Notes under the pieces: model-generated
What the model was told of the DNA's origin: nothing
The model's input: the letters and a program-made list of their open reading frames with translations, nothing else
Databases searched by the model: none
Translations under genes and position numbers: made by a program
DNA from: [Pasteurella] aerogenes
GTDB lineage: Bacteria; Pseudomonadota; Gammaproteobacteria; Enterobacterales; Pasteurellaceae
Reading direction: 5' to 3'
Assembly (NCBI GenBank): GCA_900637275.1
Contig: LR134362.1
Location: 769,884 to 793,883 of the forward strand
Length of the DNA: 24,000 nt
Part shown: in pieces, positions 23,012 through 24,000 of the stretch
How the letters are laid out: the number at the start of each line of letters is the position of its first letter
How positions within the stretch are numbered: position 1 is the stretch's first letter

Positions 23012-23844
23012 AGTGGTATGTTTTCCCCTAAGTTTTCGCTTTGCTGTGATTTATCAACGCGTTCATTCAAGATTTTGATTAACTGTTCAGCTTTGTCTTT
23101 AGGCAGCTGATCAAGGCTGTTTACACCATAATACGCAATGGCTTTGGCAACATCGGTTTGGGTAATTTGGATAAGTTGATCGAGTTGCTGGCGTTGTTCT
23201 GTGGTAAGTAGCACAACAGCCTCTGCCTCAATGACGGTTGGTTTTGGTTGTGTTTGAGTAATAGGTTCTTCAGTGATTTCATCGGCAGTGATTACACCTC
23301 CCAATTCATCAGGAAATGCTTTACGCAATGCCCCTGCTTCAGCACATTTAGCAAGCTGCCCTCTAGGGCGTTTTGTCCACACTGAATTAGCTTTTCCTTC
23401 CTTTGTCGTATTACAAGCTTCAGAAAAATATTCTGTGTGAGAAAAAGCACAACGAACACCATTAATAAAGCGATAAACAGTCACCTTGCACCACTCAGGT
23501 GCTTTCACTCCGGAATGATCAATGATTTCACCAAAAATGGGTTCATCTTGTCCTGCCATTTGTCCAGTACGAAATGCTGTAATTCGTTGTTCATAAATAC
23601 CCGGCATAATTACATCACGCCATTGTTTATTTCCTGTTTTTGCATCAGTTACGTTCATTTGCACAATATGACAAGGTTTCTTGAGAATATCCATTTTTCG
23701 AGCTTTACAGTAATCTATGGCAAGTAAAATACTCTCGTCTCTCGCACCTGGGAAAACACTGTTTTTTAATGTACTCCATACTGCGTAGTCTATGCCACGT
23801 TCAGAAAGTGCGGTTTGAATGTTGGCTGGTAAGTTTGTTGTCAT
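23008..23844 (-). CDS. Phage single-strand annealing protein (Bet/RecT superfamily)
   Basis: 278 aa. The N-terminal half resembles lambda Bet (ERGIDYAVWSTLKNSVFPG...ILLAIDYCKARKMDILKKPCHIV), and GQLAKCAEAGALRKAFPDELGG is present. It is paired with the YqaJ exonuclease. Confidence 0.8.
   Translation of the reverse strand: MTTNLPANIQTALSERGIDYAVWSTLKNSVFPGARDESILLAIDYCKARKMDILKKPCHIVQMNVTDAKTGNKQWRDVIMPGIYEQRITAFRTGQMAGQDEPIFGEIIDHSGVKAPEWCKVTVYRFINGVRCAFSHTEYFSEACNTTKEGKANSVWTKRPRGQLAKCAEAGALRKAFPDELGGVITADEITEEPITQTQPKPTVIEAEAVVLLTTEQRQQLDQLIQITQTDVAKAIAYYGVNSLDQLPKDKAEQLIKILNERVDKSQQSENLGENIPL
23806..23814 (+). repeat. Hin-type USS core (prophage)
   Basis: AAGTGCGGT. Confidence 0.9.
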
Positions 23845-23853
23845 AATTGATCC

Positions 23854-24000
23854 TTATTTTGCTTTATTAAGTGAAACACAATCCCCAAATCTCGCTTTAA
23901 GCTCACGAGCAATACTGACAGCGTGGGATTGAATGGTTTGATTGAGACGGATAGTAATCACAAAATCCTCTAACGTCTCTGTATTTTCCGTTTTTGCAAA
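23854..24000 (-). CDS. Hypothetical phage protein, C-terminal 48 codons only
   Basis: The minus-strand frame is open from the window edge to TAA at 23856-23854 and reads ...FAKTENTETLEDFVITIRLNQTIQSHAVSIARELKARFGDCVSLNKAK. It lies directly upstream of the annealing-protein gene. Confidence 0.4.
   Translation of the reverse strand, partial: FAKTENTETLEDFVITIRLNQTIQSHAVSIARELKARFGDCVSLNKAK

Larger units (their letters stand above)
16241..24000. mobile_element. Prophage or integrative island at the ssrA 3' end; left arm only, with the right end outside the window
   Basis: An integrase gene starts 176 nt after the tmRNA CCA end. It is followed by an Xis/AlpA-like gene, a Bro-N gene, a DUF551 gene, and a YqaJ exonuclease plus Bet/RecT recombination module, all transcribed toward attL as in lambdoid early-left operons. 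Confidence 0.85.

Overview
This is a chromosomal segment from a Pasteurellaceae genome (Haemophilus/Aggregatibacter-like). The assignment rests on 12 exact Hin-type uptake signal sequence cores (AAGTGCGGT), inverted-USS terminators, and a tmRNA encoding the tag ANDEQYALAA. Gene order is: recB (5' end outside the window), recD, the rplM-rpsI operon, sspA-sspB, asnS (minus strand), a ROK/Mlc-like regulator behind a perfect CRP site, a BioD-like dethiobiotin synthetase, a lipoprotein made of 11-residue repeats with six near-identical 33-bp tandem units, and ssrA (tmRNA). A tyrosine integrase and the left arm of a prophage or island integrated at ssrA follow. That arm carries an AlpA/Xis-like gene, small ORFs, a Bro-N protein, a DUF2513-like protein, an oppositely oriented Abi-alpha-like moron, a DUF551 protein, a YqaJ exonuclease and a Bet/RecT annealing protein, and it runs off the window end. 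The most unusual region is 6295-9886. A group II intron with an intact RT-maturase-HNH ORF and textbook domains V and VI sits inside the rpsI stop codon, upstream of the operon terminator. Its architecture is composite. The intact GUGCG 5' end lies 1,777 nt ahead of the ORF. A degenerate second copy of the exon/intron junction lies 1,015 nt further in, where a canonical 5' end would be expected. The roughly 1 kb between them is ORF-free, hairpin-dense RNA. An exact 17-nt copy of the rpsI 3' end is embedded in domain I. The second region worth follow-up is the prophage accessory locus at about 19.3-21.1 kb. It contains duplicated promoters, a structured leader upstream of the Bro-N gene, the Abi-alpha-like gene and an unannotated 58-aa membrane ORF. 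All family assignments come from motif recognition by eye, since no database search was possible.
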